DNA of 64,000 nucleotides from a bacterium (GTDB lineage Bacteria; Cyanobacteriota; Vampirovibrionia; Gastranaerophilales; JBAXKC01): NCBI GenBank assembly GCA_037137535.1, contig JBAXKC010000001.1, positions 1 to 64,000 of the forward strand, read 5' to 3'. Shown piece by piece: positions 62,574 to 64,000 of this stretch (position 1 is its first letter; each line of letters starts with the position of its first letter). The notes under the pieces were generated by a model. It saw only the letters and a program-made list of their open reading frames with translations, ran no database searches and was not told where the DNA came from. The position numbers and the translations under genes were made by a program.

Positions 62574-62763
62574 TTTATTACCTCTCGTTTGTATACTAGT
62601 TTAATTTACTAAATAATAAAAACAAACTACACAATGCCAACTTGAACAAGTTAACATGATTATGCAATTCTTTTTTTTAATAAAGCTGAGGATGGGTTAA
62701 TCCATGACTTTATTATAAAGGGGTTGGCTTTCTGATATTCAATCAATATCATGGACATGAAAG

Positions 62764-63135
62764 CTAATCAAGGGGTGCATCATCAAATTCTTCGGGAGTA
62801 TCAAAATTCTCCTTAATGATTTTCGCTATATCCCTTGCTACGCCTACCCTTGTCTCCTCTGGGCAACTTTCTAACATGTGTATAGCAGTTCTTAATGTTT
62901 TATCGATGTCGTACCATCTTGTTTGGCCTTTATCTTCCTTGCCAAGCTCAACGGCAGAAATTAAATCATCGACAGTATTATAAGAATTGTTAATTATATT
63001 ATGTTCAATAATTACTTTAATCAGGTTAATAGCAATTTGAATTTGAATGTTATCATCAGAAGTTTCTAATATTCTCATCGCCTTAGATAAAATGGGGTCT
63101 TTGTCATACCATCTGCGATAATTATCTTTATCCAT
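62764..63135 (-). CDS. Hypothetical protein with duplicated RWYD motif
   Basis: AAGGAGG RBS before the ATG at 63135; RRWYDKDPILSKAMRILE / TRWYDIDKTLRTAIHMLE. Confidence 0.8.
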   Translation of the reverse strand: MDKDNYRRWYDKDPILSKAMRILETSDDNIQIQIAINLIKVIIEHNIINNSYNTVDDLISAVELGKEDKGQTRWYDIDKTLRTAIHMLESCPEETRVGVARDIAKIIKENFDTPEEFDDAPLD

Positions 63136-63149
63136 CGTCGCCTCCTTAT

Positions 63150-63455
63150 TTATCCACACTTAAAAGTAACGCCGCAACCTGCTGTCGGGTAGTCCCACTC
63201 AAGTTTACCACTTGAGCAGGCAATTCTGCATGCTCCGCACTCTAAACAATTTTCAAAACCAACTAACAATTTATCCTGTTCTTCATCCCATGAATATACA
63301 TTCGCAGGACAAATACAAGTGCAACATTTATCATCACAGACTTTACAAGCTTCCTGATCAGGTTTTAAATGCGACTTATCATCTGACTTATATTTAACTG
63401 TAAAAAGCTTATCATCTATATGCTTAGGAATTTTATTCGATAAATCATCTGTCAT
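63150..63455 (-). CDS. fixX: FixX-like ferredoxin
   Basis: ICPANVY, ENCLECGACRIAC, WDYP..G.GV. Confidence 0.88.
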   Translation of the reverse strand: MTDDLSNKIPKHIDDKLFTVKYKSDDKSHLKPDQEACKVCDDKCCTCICPANVYSWDEEQDKLLVGFENCLECGACRIACSSGKLEWDYPTAGCGVTFKCG

Positions 63456-64000
63456 TTTATCAATATACCTCCTGCTAATTTTGCAAATTTTAAGAAATCT
63501 ACGGCTAACTTACTAATTGGTCTATCTTTTATAAATTTCTTCATAAAAGCAATATATTTATCTCTTTTTGGAACACTATCAACAGTAATAAAACCATTTA
63601 AAAATTCATTTACTTTTGATGGATAAAGTCCCATAAATGCTTTAGAATTATGCTCTGCAAATCCCATAATATCTTTATAAGTTTTCATATCTTTCATAAT
63701 AAAGCTTTCATCAAGCTTTTTCTTATATAAAGCTAATGTATTAGAAGTGAAATCATTTTTTTCTATTGCATCAACAGCCGTTTCAGCAGCAAGTTTTCCA
63801 CTAATCATAGCAAGGTTTGTACCTTCCCAATGAATATTATTGACTAACATCGCAGCATCGCCAGCAATCATTAATCCATCCATACATAACTTCGGTATTG
63901 AATTATATCCACCTTCAGGAATTAAGTGAGCCGAATACTCTCCAAGCTCTCCACCTTTGATTAAAGGGCGAATAACAGGATGATCCTTTAATTGGTTCAA
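63452..64000 (-). CDS. fixC: FixC-like flavoprotein oxidoreductase (C-terminal part; truncated by window end)
   Basis: HP.IRPLI.GG..EYSAHLIPEGG, AGDAA, EGTNLAMISG. Confidence 0.88.
   Translation of the reverse strand: MNQLKDHPVIRPLIKGGELGEYSAHLIPEGGYNSIPKLCMDGLMIAGDAAMLVNNIHWEGTNLAMISGKLAAETAVDAIEKNDFTSNTLALYKKKLDESFIMKDMKTYKDIMGFAEHNSKAFMGLYPSKVNEFLNGFITVDSVPKRDKYIAFMKKFIKDRPISKLAVDFLKFAKLAGGILIK

Noticed and set aside
1793-63397. Many 60-150 aa ORFs overlapping larger genes (e.g. 2826-3104, 6744-7118, 14007-14411, 28356-28811, 59472-59912)
   Set aside because: Antisense or off-frame shadows of well-supported genes; no motifs recognised
63150-64000. Nitrogen fixation inferred from fixC/fixX
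   Set aside because: FixCX homologues are general ETF-linked oxidoreductases; no nif genes in the window

Overview
AT-rich bacterial chromosome segment made up mostly of core genes. It is inferred to come from a non-photosynthetic cyanobacterial sister lineage (Vampirovibrionia/Melainabacteria-like). The basis is a cyanobacterial-type ClpC N-terminus and tRNA-Ile(GAU), the rplQ-truA-rplM-rpsI gene order, retention of rpmD and in-operon rpsD, flagellar regulators, and no photosynthesis genes in the window. Contents in order: a free-standing tRNA-Ile/tRNA-Ala pair without rRNA, a two-component pair, lptC-lptA-lptB-lptF/G, an HD-GYP regulator, deoB, a ferredoxin, an ABC exporter, a radical SAM locus flanked by small ORFs, ushA-like/slt/trpF/mtaB, a lysozyme-like protein, clpC with a stand-alone MshEN protein, nadA, a PilM-PilN fusion and PilO, a FlgM-like gene, TPR/Kelch proteins, a P-type ATPase, a four-GntR-HTH protein, rsmI/tcdA/dnaJ-like, fliW-csrA, duplicated pilin-like genes, osmC, rarA, the rpsE-to-rpsI part of the spc/alpha cluster, and fixC/fixX-like genes. 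Five small genes or ORFs absent from the ORF track were read manually: ferredoxin, rpmJ, rpmD, and 56-aa and 52-aa ORFs. No CRISPR array, IS element, prophage or rRNA was recognised. The best novelty leads are: (1) the 15.6-17.4 kb locus with a CU-rich sRNA candidate, two small ORFs and a radical SAM enzyme carrying an N-terminal SPASM/twitch-like module; (2) a protein of four tandem GntR winged-HTH domains; (3) an L17 with a Cys4 insertion; (4) a stand-alone MshEN protein behind clpC; (5) a lysozyme-like effector/partner pair. All calls come from motif recognition by eye; no searches were run.
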